A stretch of 63,393 bases of DNA, filler included, from Octopus bimaculoides (GCF_001194135.2; 4 parts of 4 records of this genome joined end to end with filler, not necessarily neighbours in it); one strand, 5' to 3'. Positions 1 to 13,118 are shown, counted from the whole stretch's first letter. The notes: a model not told the origin generated them from the letters alone. Numbers and translations are program-made.

Positions 1-150
<150 letters not shown>

Positions 151-193
151 GTGGGGGTATGCACATATACAAACATACATATTTAAACACATG

Positions 194-419
194 TATACAA
201 GAGGGTGCCGAAAAGTTCCTGGCTGTGGATAAAAGGAAATACAGGAAGATCGGATAATTATGATTTTATTCAATATATTCCCCTGTCAGATTCATACACT
301 TATTGCAGCGGTCGTTCAATTTCCCTAAGCCCTGGAAAAGAAATTCGGAAGGCTGGGTCTCCATCCAGGCCTTTCGCAACACCCGTCAAGTCAGGAACTT
401 TTCAACACCCTCTCGTATA
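194..419 (-). mobile_element. Internally deleted mariner (MITE-like), ~225 bp
   Basis: TIRs TATACAAGAGGGTGCCGAAAAGTTCCTG (194-) and the reverse complement TATACGAGAGGGTGTTGAAAAGTTCCTG (-419), with TA ends. Minus strand 332-266 reads GLGKLNDRCNKCMNLTGEYIE*, a mariner transposase C-terminus. Confidence 0.85.
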
Positions 420-451
420 TGTATAATTACATGCACAAACATATGTAAAAG

Positions 452-585
452 CTCGTGGTCAGGTAGTTAGTGTTGCACTCATGATCGCGGGATCTTGGTT
501 TCAATCGCCAGGCAAGCGGCGCATTGTGTTTTCGACCAAAGCACACCATATCACGTTATTCCTGACGACGGAGGCCGGTTTTACC
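452..585 (+). mobile_element. tRNA-derived SINE head, degenerate
   Basis: A-box-like TGGTCAGGTAGTTAG and B-box-like GGTTTCAATC with tRNA-like spacing. Confidence 0.45.
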
Positions 586-955
586 GTAATGCTTAAATGC
601 ATTTACTACTGGTTGCACTACTATGGACATTACAAATATTACGTAATTCCGAGCCCCACGAAACAGCAGTCGGACTTGAAACACCGTAACTTCTCCCCTT
701 AGTTTATTATTTTTTTTTTTTGTACTTCATGTAAATATATCCTGTAAATATTTTTTTGCTTATACACGAGTGATCATCTGAATATTCTCAATCTTGTTTC
801 TCTCTATATATCTATATATCCCGATATATATGTACGTGTATATGTATGTATGTATGTATGTATGTATATTTTACATATCAAGCCCAGGCGTGTTTATCTA
901 CATCAGTATATATATATGTGTTTGGGTGTGTATGTGTGGTATGCATGCAAGTATG

Positions 956-992
<37 letters not shown>

Positions 993-1221
993 ATGTGTGT
1001 GTGTGTGTGCATCACACACATATATACAGAGAGAGAACGTGTGTGTAACTTTTCTTTTGGACATGTTGGATTGAAAACATCAATGTGTTCTAATTCAATC
1101 TTTTCTATTAGTGTTTGTTTGTATCTGCTTCTAAGTTCCTTGTAGTTCATTTTGGAACTGTCTCTACTTTACATGGTACATGTAAAGTATTAGCTGACGC
1201 TGAGGGAAGGAAAAAAAGATG

Positions 1222-1256
1222 GTTCAACGTTTCGAGCAAAGCTCTCCTTCAGAAAC
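1222..1256 (-). ncRNA. Degenerate minimal hammerhead motif (PLE-type terminal repeat)
   Basis: Minus strand GTTT-CTGAAGG-A-GAGC-TTT-GCTC-GAAAC-GTT-GAAC. Stems I and II pair, but A9 is replaced by G. Confidence 0.4.
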
Positions 1257-1604
1257 AGATGAAAGTCCAATAGAAAAGGAAGACGGAGGTAAAAAAAATC
1301 GCCAACGATATATATATATATACACCACAGGTTTCTTTCAGTTCCGTCTACTGGTCCGCCCGAGGCTATAGTAGAAAACACTTTCTCAAGGTACGAAAGA
1401 ATATAGGCAGAAATATTATATGACAAATAGCTTAGACAGTAGCGCAACTAAAAATACACATGTAAAACACGAATAGTATCATAAGAATGAAATGCATATG
1501 AGGTATAGAATAGACGAATATATAATCAAAAACATAAAAAGAAGCAAAAGACATCATACCAAACTATAATATAACACTAGTAATATATTACAAAGACAAA
1601 TAAG

Positions 1605-1950
1605 ATCAAAAACCTCCTTATTAACAGCACACCATGGGAATGTAAACCCGAGAACAAAGGTAGAATGATCGATGTAATTTATCAATTTGAGTGCAAAGGT
1701 GAAAGCTGCAAACTTCCTAGATACTGTTACATTGGCCATGCACGTAAAACAGAAAGCAGTTGCAACTCTCCACACCATACATCATAAAACAAAGCGAGAT
1801 AGGAAAATATCAACAGAAAATACTAGCAAACTTAGTAAAATTCCCCATAGATAGAAGGTTGCATATAAAAACAATGGTGATATCGCGACACAAGACAAGA
1901 ATTAACGTACAACATATACAAGTCACAAATGTAAATCTGATGACGTAAAA
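1605..1950 (+). mobile_element. Penelope-like element GIY-YIG endonuclease fragment (decayed)
   Basis: KNLLINSTP...DVIYQFECKGESCKLPRYCYIGHARKT (VIY...YIG motif at 1671-1745), followed after a frameshift by DRRLHIK...INVQ. Confidence 0.6.
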
Positions 1951-2224
1951 GGTTTGATGGTCAAATTCTAGCAGGAAAGTTTCTGCAAACTTAAGGTGTC
2001 CAGTGTAAAAAGGGAGGAACAGGAGCGACACGACGCCAGTTCCTGAAAATGTGGGTAAAATAGATTAGAAACATCGATGGAGATGATGTTTGAGTATTTT
2101 AATATCCCAAACGAACTCTAAATATCTGCTACACAGATACAAGGAAACGTCAATAAAAATGACTGAATTACAATATTGGTTATTTAATCCTCTTCGCATC
2201 ACAATCTATCTATCTATCTATCTA

Positions 2225-2265
<41 letters not shown>

Positions 2266-2862
2266 ACTCACACACATATGCATATACATACTGCAGTATA
2301 TATATANNNNNNNNNNNNNNNNNNNNNNNNNNNNNNNNNNNNNNNNNNNNNNNNNNNNNNNNNNNNNNNNNNNNNNNNNNNNNNNNNNNNNNNNNNNNNN
2401 NNNNNNNNNNNNNNNNNNNNNNNNNNNNNNNNNNNNNNNNNNNNNNNNNNNNNNNNNNNNNNNNNNNNNNNNNNNNNNNNNNNNNNNNNNNNNNNNNNNN
2501 NNNNNNNNNNNNNNNNNNNNNNNNNNNNNNNNNNNNNNNNNNNNNNNNNNNNNNNNNNNNNNNNNNNNNNNNNNNNNNNNNNNNNNNNNNNNNNNNNNNN
2601 NNNNNNNNNNNNNNNNNNNNNNNNNNNNNNNNNNNNNNNNACACGACGCAAACACATTTGTTATATACACAACGCCGGTGTTTTAATGGTGGCAGCTGAT
2701 GAAGGAGATGTTTCTATGTGGCCTGCTTGTTTGTTGTACCTTGTTTATCATTTTGTCCATGTTCTTTTGCCACGTCATGTACCCAGTTATGTATCTATAT
2801 GTACATGTAGATGAAGGTATGTACATACATGTACATATATATGCATATACTCATATATTGTT

Positions 2863-2894
<32 letters not shown>

Positions 2895-3955
2895 CATGTA
2901 CACACACATAGCTGTGTGTGTGTTGCAGTTAGTAAATATATACATCCGCTACCAACGACTGTGATGTTTATTCTCAGTATATAGAAACTAAAAGTGAAAT
3001 ATTAATCCTTGCCAGTGTCAAACGTTACTGTTAATTATTAATTAAACTCAACTGATTAGTCACATTAGCAATTATTAATACATTAATTTATTCATTTTTT
3101 TTTTTTTTGTTTAATTATCCTGGGACATATTGGATTTTGTTACGTTTATAGCAGCTACTGGCTAAAATGGTGGTATGTAACGATACGGAAATAATTTCAT
3201 TGAAGTGAATTTTGTCTTTTTTACTCGTGTATGCATTGTTCTTTCTTTCATAGAACAAATTATTTCTTTCATATAACAAATTATTTCTTTCATATAACAA
3301 ATATACAAATAGGCGTGTTCTTGTTTGTTTTTGTTAACGAAATGTGTATGTAATGTTTAGGTCCCTATCTAACAATGTATGCGTCAGATCTTCCACCGTT
3401 GATGAAAATATCAACCTCTTTGCCTACTGAATGGCTGTCTAGATGTGGCAATTAATCAGTCTATCTGTCTACCTATTTTATCAATGAATCTATCTCTCTA
3501 TCTATCTATCTTATCCATTTTTCTGTCTTTCTGTCTGTCTATCTATTTGCTTTTTTATTTGTCTGGCAATGTACCTCCTTATCGATCTATTTAAACCAGC
3601 TAGCTATCCCTCTGTCTATCTCTTTATCTGTCTATCTACCAGCCAGTCTGTTTTTGTCTCCCTATTAGCCTGTCTAATTATACGTGTATATGTGTGTGTG
3701 TATATCAACCTATTCTGTACTACACACACACACACACATACACACACACACATACACACACACACGCACTTGCTCTCCCAGTAAATTAGATATACACTTC
3801 GTTTTCTCTCCACTCTTTTCACTTTCAACCCTCTACCTTCCACCATTCTCTCTTCCTCTGTCTCTCTCCATCTCGGCTGATGTATGCCTAGGTTTGTTTG
3901 TATCACTCTCTCTCTCCCTCCCTCCCTCGTCCATCCTTCTTTCTCTCTCTATCTC

Positions 3956-4035
<80 letters not shown>

Positions 4036-4855
4036 TGTGTGTGTGTGTATGTATATTAGTGTGTGTGTGTGTCTGTATATATGTGAATAAATTTGTGTAT
4101 ATGTGTGTGTATGCATGCATATATATATATTTATATGTATATATATATATGCATACATATATGCATATATATATATACATATACATATATAGGCATACAT
4201 ACACACACACACACACGCACATATATACACACATATATATATCATATGTCAGAGAGCTTTTGTGTAATCTTTTGGAATATAGTTTTTAAAAATCAATTTA
4301 CACTCTGTAATTACAGTGTAATCAATTAAGCTTACATTTTAATTGGCTTTCATGAAATTAATTATCATATAACTTACATCAATAGTCCCCCCCACACACA
4401 CACACACACCACCACCACCACCACCACCACGACCACATCAACATTATCAGCCTTTCCACTTCTATTAGCTATCGTTATTATTATCACCAGCATACATATC
4501 GCTACTTCAACCACGACTTCACTTTACCTCATCACCACCACCACCACTACAACAACAACAACAACAACAGCAACAACAGCAACAGCAACAACAACAACAA
4601 CACCAACAACAAAACTACCAGTAAGACTATTGTGTCGGTCGCCGCCGCCGCCGCCACCACTATCACCGTCATTACCATCATAACAAACATCATAAACGGA
4701 AGCAAGTTTTATCAACATCATTGTTCATGGAATTAAAGCCGAAACATCGCTAACACTGATGTAATCAGAAAGACAGCCATTGTTAATATTATTACATCGA
4801 CGATCTATCACAACGCAGCTATTATCACGGCTGTTGTTAATATTGTTAATATCAG

Positions 4856-5765
4856 TTTCAATTTTTGGCACACGGCCAGCAGTTTTGGGGAGTGGGTAAG
4901 TCGGTTAGACCGACCCCAGTTTTCGACTGGTACTTTATTTTATTGGCCCCCGAAAGGATGAAAGGCAATGTCGACCCCGGTGGAATTTGAAATCGGAACG
5001 TAAAGACGGACGAAATATCGTTAAACATTTTGTCCGGCGTGCTAACGATTCTGCCAGCTCCCCGCCTTACGACTATTATTAATATCGGTTTCAAATTTTA
5101 GCACTGAGCCAGTAATTTCGAGAGAGGGAATAAGTTGATTAGATCAACCACAGTGTTCAACTGGTACCTTATTTTATCGGCCCCGAAAGGATGAAAGGTA
5201 AAGTCGACCTCAGTGGAATTTGAACTCAAAACGTAAAGTCGGAAGAAATACTGTTAAGAATTTTTCCCGGGGTGGTAACGATTCTGCCAGCTCGCCGCCT
5301 TAAAACTATCGTTAATATTATCGCAGAATATATAAAGCGGAGATCTAGCAGAATAGTTAGCACGCTGGGGAAAATGCTTAGCGGTATTTCGTCTGTGTTT
5401 ACGTTCTGAGTTCAAATTCCGCCGAGGTTGACTTTGCCTTTCATCTTTTCGGGGTCGATATAACAGGTATCAGTTGAAGACTGGGGGGCGGTCATTGTGA
5501 TCGACTTATCCCCATCCCTGGCCAAAATATGAAACCTATATTAATAGTTGTAATGAGGCGAGCTGGCAGAATCGTTAACACGCTGGACAAAATTCTTAGC
5601 GGCATTTCGTCCGTCTTTGCGCTCTGAGTTCAAATTCCGCCAAGGTTGACTTCGCCTTTTGTCCTTTCAGATTCAATGAAATAAATACCAGATGAATACT
5701 GGGGTCGATTTAATTAACTTACTCCCTCACCGGAAATTCCTGTCCTTGTGTCAAAAATTGAAGCC
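4856..5765. mobile_element. Cluster of four copies of one tRNA-SINE family (minus 4856-5069, minus 5089-5302, plus 5333-5535, plus 5554-5765)
   Basis: Each copy has the head GGCGAGCTGGCAGAATCGTTAGCACG, B-box GAGTTCAAATTCC and central TTTCATCCTTTCGGGGTCGATAAAATAAGTACCAG-like block. Confidence 0.85.
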
Positions 5766-5845
5766 AGGATTTAATTATAAAAACATAAAATCTTGTCACA
5801 TGTAAACAAACATAAGTCTGTTTTTGAAGCGTTTGAAATGTATTG

Positions 5846-6015
5846 TAGAAAAAGTAAAAAGATAATTTTTTTTCCAACACGTAAAAACTGAACAATATAT
5901 AAAAAGGATAAAATCTTTGCCGGCAAATTTCTTTGCTCTTATAAGGGTTTTATCCTTAATATATGCTGTATAGTATTTACGTGTTGGAAAAAAATTAATT
6001 TTTCTACTTGTTCTA
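5846..6015. repeat. AT-rich inverted repeat (~68-bp arms)
   Basis: 5846-5914 is roughly 80% identical to the reverse complement of 5947-6015; shared core TTTTTTCCAACACGTAAA...AAGGATAAAA. Confidence 0.8.
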
Positions 6016-6239
6016 TAATAATATTTTTTTTTTCAATATAGGAATCCAGTAGCGTAAAACTAGAATCAAAGGGATCCATAGGGAAAAAATGGTTGGGAAC
6101 AGCTGGGCTCTAGTTGTCGGCAATGATGGACTCTCTCATCGATGATGACGTATGACTGTTCATCTTTCTGCCGAACGACCTTCGTCAAATCGACGTTGTC
6201 TGAACAGATTCACGGTGCACCACGCGCCAGGTGTCCATG

Positions 6240-6352
6240 TGATCGCAGAGCAACGTGAGATTGAAGTGTTTTACAAAATGAAACCACCCGGTCTAGGAAT
6301 GGAAACCACAATCTCACGATCATGAGTGCAACATCGTAGCCACTGGGCCATA
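6240..6352 (-). mobile_element. tRNA-SINE head fragment
   Basis: Reverse complement begins ATGGCCCAGTGGCTACGATGTTGCACTCATGATCGTGAGATTGTGGTTTCCATTCCTAGACCGGG. Confidence 0.55.
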
Positions 6353-6942
6353 GGTACCAGATTAATGTTACTCAGTCACAGACCACAGTTCACCAATCAG
6401 TTCACGTAGCTATTTCGTTAGAGACAAACAAGTACGTCACTGACCTCAACGCATCTTTTCGCAATGCCTGCATAAACACATTCTGATGTAGAAACACCCT
6501 TACAGACATCTTCTTGCACAAATATGCATGAAGAAAGACAGACACACGCACGTATGCGTGCGTGACTTCCTTTGCATACGTACATTCATATATGTGTTCA
6601 TGTATTGCATATACTCTCGATGCGACGTGTGTCTCTACTCGCCAGCCATCTCTTCGTACATGTGATTAAATATGTGCGTGTACGGCGAGAGAAATAGAAT
6701 GAGAGAAAGACAGAGGGCGGGAGTGAGAGAGACGGAGAGAGAAAAGAGAGAGAGTAGGGAGTTGGCTCAATAGTGATTTGATGAAATAAGATGTTAACAG
6801 GTGATGATTTGTTTGGAGATAGAAGCGGCAGACATTTTTGGAAGTACATGCTATTAAACACCGCTTGACATACATAAACACAAGCACACAGACATAAACA
6901 CAAACACACAGACACATAAACAGACGCACACACACGCGCATG

Positions 6943-6974
<32 letters not shown>

Positions 6975-9347
6975 CAGGCACAGACATAAACACATATATA
7001 CACACACAGCACATGTATAAATAACTCAATAAGCTGTTGTGGGGCAATGAAGCATCTAATGGTGTTGTGTGTGGGCAGTTGGGAGATGATACAGTGAAGT
7101 GGAGAGAGACGGAATGAGTGAGAAAAACACAGACAGATAGACAGAGTAGGATATAGAGAGAGTGAGGAAGTGGGAATGAGAAAGAGAGAGCGCAGGGCGG
7201 GGAGATGAGGGAGGGGGAAATATTGGTGTAAAGAAATATATATACATACATATATATATATATATATATTACACACATATATATATATATATATATATTA
7301 CACATATACATGGATGGATAGATAGATAGATAGATGGATAGATAGACAGACAGACAGATAGATAGATAGACACAGCTAGTTAGCTAGATAGATAGGTGGA
7401 TGGATAGATAGATAGATATACAGACAGACAGACAGATAGATAGATAGATAGATAAATATATATATAGAGAGAGAGATAGATAAATAGAGAGAGAGAGATT
7501 GATACGTAGATAAACAGGCGGTGAGATATATAGATAGAAATAGATAGTGAGAGAGAGAGAGACAGACAGACAGCGAGAGAGAGAGAGGGGGGGAGGAGGA
7601 GGGAAGTGAGAAAGAGGGAGCAATTGATGGAAAAGTAGTTGTGTTAGGTAGAGGAATAATGAGTGAAAGGGTGAGGTGGTAAGAGTTGGAGATACTTAAG
7701 CGACTGAGAGTTGTAAAATTGTGGTGGGGGGGCGCTTTTATATAACTATATATGTGTGTGTGTGTTAATATAGGTATACAGACCTAGAGATAGAGAGGGA
7801 GAGACAGAGAGAGAGAGGGATGGTGAGAAAAGAAGGGAGATAGGAAAGATAGTGTGGTGAAGGCAGCAATAAGATAGAAAGGCAGAAAGGAAAGAGAGAG
7901 GGAGAAAGAAAATGGGCGAATAGATTACAGAGGGGAAGCCGGAAGCTAGTCTTTTGATAACAAACGTTGTCTTTGGTTCACTGGTGGTATGTGGTGGCCA
8001 TTTTAAACAGCAAACTCCTGAAGCAGTTCACTTTAAAATATCATCAAACTGACTGCGTCCATAATGGCGGATTTATGCAAATAACTTGACTCTGCAAATT
8101 TCTACTTGAATTCATTATTCAGGTTTTGTGAGCGCCTAATCTATTCGGAGGCCGTTCCCTTTGCCAAATAGAAACGCAGACCAACACACGAAAACACGTA
8201 ACCATTCATCCATATACTTCCATAAACGCACACATACACACAAATAAAGGCATATCCGCAAGGCAAACGCCGACGCACACCTGCTCATCCATTCACGTTT
8301 AAATAACCTTACGTATATATATATATATATATATNNNNNNNNNNNNNNNNNNNNNNNNNNNNNNNNNNNNNNNNNNNNNNNNNNNNNNNNNNNNNNNNNN
8401 NNNNNNNNNNNNNNNNNNNNNNNNNNNNNNNNNNNNNNNNNNNNNNNNNNNNNNNNNNNNNNNNNNNNNNNNNNNNNNNNNNNNNNNNNNNNNNNNNNNN
8501 NNNNNNNNNNNNNNNNNNNNNNNNNNNNNNNNNNNNNNNNNNNNNNNNNNNNNNNNNNNNNNNNNNNNNNNNNNNNNNNNNNNNNNNNNNNNNNNNNNNN
8601 NNNNNNNNNNNNNNNNNNNNNNNNNNNNNNNNNNNNNNNNNNNNNNNNNNNNNNNNNNNNNNNNNNNNNNNNNNNNNNNNNNNNNNNNNNNNNNNNNNNN
8701 NNNNNNNNNNNTATATATATATATATATATATATACCTTGCAGGCACATGTATAGATTAACATACATGCATAGACGCATATATACCCATATACACACACA
8801 TATATATGTGCGTTTATATACAAATGCAAGGGCGAGCACAATTAAAGACACAAATTTCCGCAACGTTGTGTATATAATCGTGATTACATACATGTATAGT
8901 ATTCAGATATATATACACACAGTTGTTTAGTTATATACTATAACAATATATTTACATATCTACATTTTCGAATTTTACGTTCTCTTACTCCAACAAACGG
9001 AATAACATTGTTAAATGCAATATAGGAATAAGAAGAAAGATTTTTAGCTGTTATTAGTTGTTGTTTAACACCAGGTCATCCACCAGGACTATGATCAAAG
9101 ACATTCCAGCCATGACTGTCTCTTCTCATTGGGGACATACACGGTTGTATTATCCGTTGTATTCTCCCCTCTCTTAAAACGTTGGAATTATTTTGATGGC
9201 GGTTTGACTGCTATTTCAAGCATATATGAAATCATTTCCATAAAGACTCTAATGTGAATCCGCGTACAGACTTCGTCGCTAAGTTACGGGAACGTAAGCG
9301 CACAAACACATGTTACCGAGTGGGGATGAGGGTGGACAAACGCAGAT

Positions 9348-9384
<37 letters not shown>

Positions 9385-10298
9385 AAAACCAGGAAACCTA
9401 ATAGAATCTTAGAAATGCATTTGAAGAGATAAACAAGCAAGAGGAGATAACTTCAGTACTAAGGAAGGGGACATATGATAATATATTTTAGAAATAACAG
9501 CTAAATCTCACTTAAATCATACATCTATATGTGTGTGTTTGTACATAAATGTATTTATGCATGTTTATATAAGCAAAAGTACTCTATATATATATATGTA
9601 TGTATATATGTACGTAAATGTGCACATATGTATATATCTATATATTTGTGTGTGTGTTTGTGTGTATGTATGTGTAAATATGCATATATATAACTGTATG
9701 CACATACATGTATATATTTACGTCTATACATATATGCATATGTATGTATATATACGCGTGTGTTTGTATGAGTGTACGTATGTGTAAGTATACAATCACA
9801 CACACATACGGAAATGTTCCTGAAATATTTACAACTTCTAATCTGCAAGTCTATTTACTCACAAGAAATCACTTGTTACGTTGTTAGCTATTGATTTTCT
9901 GCATTCAATTGTATTTATCGATCTGTTTTTGTATGAGATACACCAACAATACACAGTTCTTTAGCCGTCACTTATCGACTGATAAATTTATTGAACACTC
10001 AAAAAAAAAAAAAATGAATAAATAAATAAATACATTCAGGAACAAAAATTTTGCCTTCATAATGTAAAGAAATTGTTGTAAGAATTATCTCCCGTTAACA
10101 CCAAAAACATGTCACTCTCTACAAGTTGAAGAAGTGAAAATTGTAAACTTTGTGTGATATTTCCCAATACAAAGACAAGGACAAAGTATTGACACGCACA
10201 CATACACACTTGAAATTTATAGAAAAACAATAAACGAAGACAGGCGTATGAACAAAAAGCAAGTGTATTAGTTTGACGCTCTGGAAAAATGAAAAGGT

Positions 10299-10334
10299 CT
10301 TTTACGTTTCGAGCCTAGGCTCTTCAACAGAAAG
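10299..10334 (-). ncRNA. Minimal hammerhead-like motif (PLE-type), A6->U variant
   Basis: Minus strand CTTT-CTGTTGA-A-GAGCC-TA-GGCTC-GAAAC-GTA-AAAG: stem I CTTT/AAAG, perfect stem II, GUA triplet. Confidence 0.5.
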
Positions 10335-10425
10335 GACTAAGAGAAAATAAATAGAGAAAGAGATTGAAAACATTTTTAGATTTCAGCGGACCAGCATGGC
10401 GGTCCAGCATGGCGGTCCATCATTG

Positions 10426-10471
<46 letters not shown>

Positions 10472-10679
10472 CAAAAACACAGCGGGCAAGGACAACATAC
10501 CTAGGACAAGTCTGCACATCTAGCATGGCATCCCCTCCTCTACGTATGTACCTGATGTGACACAAACTGCATAGATTGATACAACTCAGTTATATACACA
10601 ATATCCTACCCATAACGGACAGCCGCTGGATTGGTCGAAACGATTGTTGTACTGAATAAAGACTAGTGCTAAATTACCA

Positions 10680-11170
10680 ATTATTATCATTATCATCATT
10701 ATTATTATTTTATTATTATTATTATTACTACTACTATTATTATTATTATTATTATTACTACTACTACTACTACTATTATTACTATTATTATTACTACTAC
10801 TACTATTACTATTATTATTACTACTACTACTATTACTATTACTATTATTACTACTACTACTATTACTACTACTACTATTACTATTATTACTACTACTACT
10901 ACTATTATTACTACTACTACTATTACTACTATTATTACTACTACTACTACTACTATTATTACTACTACTACTACTACTACTATTACTATTACTACTACTA
11001 CTACTATTATTATACTACTACTACTACTATTACTATTATTATTACTACTACTACTACTATTACTATTATTATTACTACTACTACTACTATTACTATTATT
11101 ATTACTACTACTACTACTACTACTACTATTACTACTACTATTATTACTACTACTACTATTATTATTATTT
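10680..11170. repeat. Mosaic (TAT)/(TAC)n trinucleotide array
   Basis: About 490 bp of interleaved TAT/TAC triplets; source of the poly-Tyr ORF. Confidence 0.95.
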
Positions 11171-11279
11171 TATCCTGCCCCAAGCTCGATCTCCTGTTGA
11201 CAGCCACTCCAGTCACGACCTTGTTGACGAATTATTATTGATTGAGAGCCTCTAAAATGTCCCACCCGCTCATACAACT

Positions 11280-11930
11280 ACCACCATCACAAACTTTACT
11301 ACTACTACTATTACTACTACTACTACTACTAGTACAGCTGTTTCTGCTGCTACTACTACTACTACTACTACTACAGCTGCTGCTGCTATTACTACTACTA
11401 CAACTACTACTACTTCTACTACTACTGCTGCTGCTGCTGCTACTTCCACCAACACCAGCACAACATTACCATCGCAATCTCTACTACCACAATCGTCACC
11501 TCCATGACAAAGCAGACGATACTACACCACCACCGCCAACACCAGCGCCACCATCGTTAATGTCACCGTCGATACCATCACCAAAACTGACAGAGCCGAC
11601 ATCATCACCACCATTAGCGCCATTGACATCACCATCCCCACCACCATTACCGACACCGACCACATCATCGCCACCATTACCGTTAACGACGCCAGCACCA
11701 TCAACACACCACCATTATCGTCACTACAATATCACCTTCATAATCACCACCACCACCACCACCACCACAACCAACACTACCACCACCATCAGCATCACAA
11801 CCGTCACAACACACTACTAACTCTTCCACTATCCTCACGTTGACCACCACCACCACCACCACCGCCACCACTGCACGCCACTGACCCCATCACCACTAAC
11901 ACCACCGCCGCGACCACCTCCACATTAACA
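11280..11930. repeat. Cryptic (CTA/CTG/CAC/CAT)n low-complexity tract
   Basis: Degenerate trinucleotide runs seen directly. Confidence 0.85.
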
Positions 11931-12189
11931 ACAATAGTACTGTCACCGCCGAGTATGATTTATCATCCAGTAAAAGACAATGTCTCAATTTAACAAAAAT
12001 CACAGCCCTACTCAACCCCTCCGAACCCTCCGTCTTCCCCGCCCCCGTTTCCCCACTTCAGCTCACTGCCTCCTCTATTCACACTGCATCAATGAAGGGA
12101 GGGCATGAACGCCACATAGCATCCCACCTCCTCCTCCTCCTCTAAATTAGTGAACTTTCATCTCTTAAACTAAACCACTACTACACGAA

Positions 12190-12590
12190 TTACAATATGG
12201 CGGCCTGTTAGTAGAATTGGTAGAACGACTGGTAATATGGCGGAGGGTTGATACCATGGCAGACGACATGGTGGTTGGTTGGTTGGTAGAGGGACAAGCA
12301 ATACGGCGGTAGATTGGCAGAATTGGTAAAAATACGGGCAAAATGGCGGCGGGTTGGTAGAACTGGTAGAGTGACAGGTATTATGACGGTGGATTGGTAG
12401 AGTAACAAACAATATGGCGACAGGTTGGCAGAATTGATTGCTAGAGTTGTTGGCAATATGGCGGCGAGTTGGTAGAGTTAGTAGAGAGTTAGCTATTATG
12501 ACGGCGGGCTGGTAGAGTAACAGACAATATGGCGAAAGGCTGGTAGAATTGGTAGAGTGATAGGCAATATGGTGGCCGGTTGGTAGAATA
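12190..12590. repeat. Degenerate ~31-44-bp minisatellite (AATATGGCGGCGGGTTGGTAGAATTGGTAGAGTGACAGGC-like)
   Basis: About 10 imperfect units, each starting AATATGGCG/ATTATGACG. Confidence 0.85.
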
Positions 12591-12603
12591 GGGATGTTTT
12601 AAT

Positions 12604-12634
<31 letters not shown>

Positions 12635-12703
12635 AGATTTACTTTTCGTAATGAGATTAAAAAAAACCCAAGGCTGTGTAGATTTTAGAACGTTTATAAA
12701 TAG

Positions 12704-12751
12704 ATCTTACGGCTGTTTCCAGGATATTTATTATATCCCTTCATCGGAGAC
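12704..12751 (-). ncRNA. Type I hammerhead-like motif in a PLE terminal region, U4->C variant
   Basis: Minus strand GTCT-CCGATGA-A-GGGATAT-AATAA-ATATCCT-G-GAAAC-AGCC-GTA-AGAT; all three stems can pair. Confidence 0.55.
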
Positions 12752-12983
12752 GGAGTGAGAGGATAGTTAGGCAATAGTTCATCTAGATAAGATACGAAAT
12801 ACAGAGTGAATTGGAACGAAAATAGATGTGAGATATGCAGGGATAGTTGTATTTGTAAATCTATTATTTAACCAGAATGGTATACATATAAGATTCCAAT
12901 ACCTTATGAGTAAAATCCAATAGATTCTTTAGAATTGGTCATTCCAAGTATAGAGTTTATACACAGTGTTATTGAATCAATGG

Positions 12984-13017
<34 letters not shown>

Positions 13018-13061
13018 NNNNNNNNNNNNNNNNNNNNNNNNNNNNNNNNNNNNNNNNNNNN

Positions 13062-13073
13062 TTAATTAATTAA
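13062..13073. other. Assembly linker TTAATTAATTAA inside N gaps (also 42892-42903 and 55526-55537)
   Basis: Identical 12-mer with stops in all frames, embedded in Ns three times. Confidence 0.9.
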
Positions 13074-13118
13074 NNNNNNNNNNNNNNNNNNNNNNNNNNN
13101 NNNNNNNNNNNNNNNNNG

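Noticed and set aside
9863-9978. Candidate minus-strand exon ending in TT|GTGAGT
   Set aside because: All frames from the good acceptor contain stops; the alternative acceptor is A-rich and gives no LRR pattern.
10666-11241. 191-aa poly-Tyr/Thr ORF
   Set aside because: TAT/TAC repeats are stop-free in this frame by construction.
12190-12590. Repeat-spacer look resembling a CRISPR array
   Set aside because: Spacers are homologous to each other, repeats are degenerate, the context is eukaryotic and there are no cas genes.
13062-13073. TTAATTAATTAA islands in gaps (three times)
   Set aside because: Artificial scaffolding linker, not genomic sequence.
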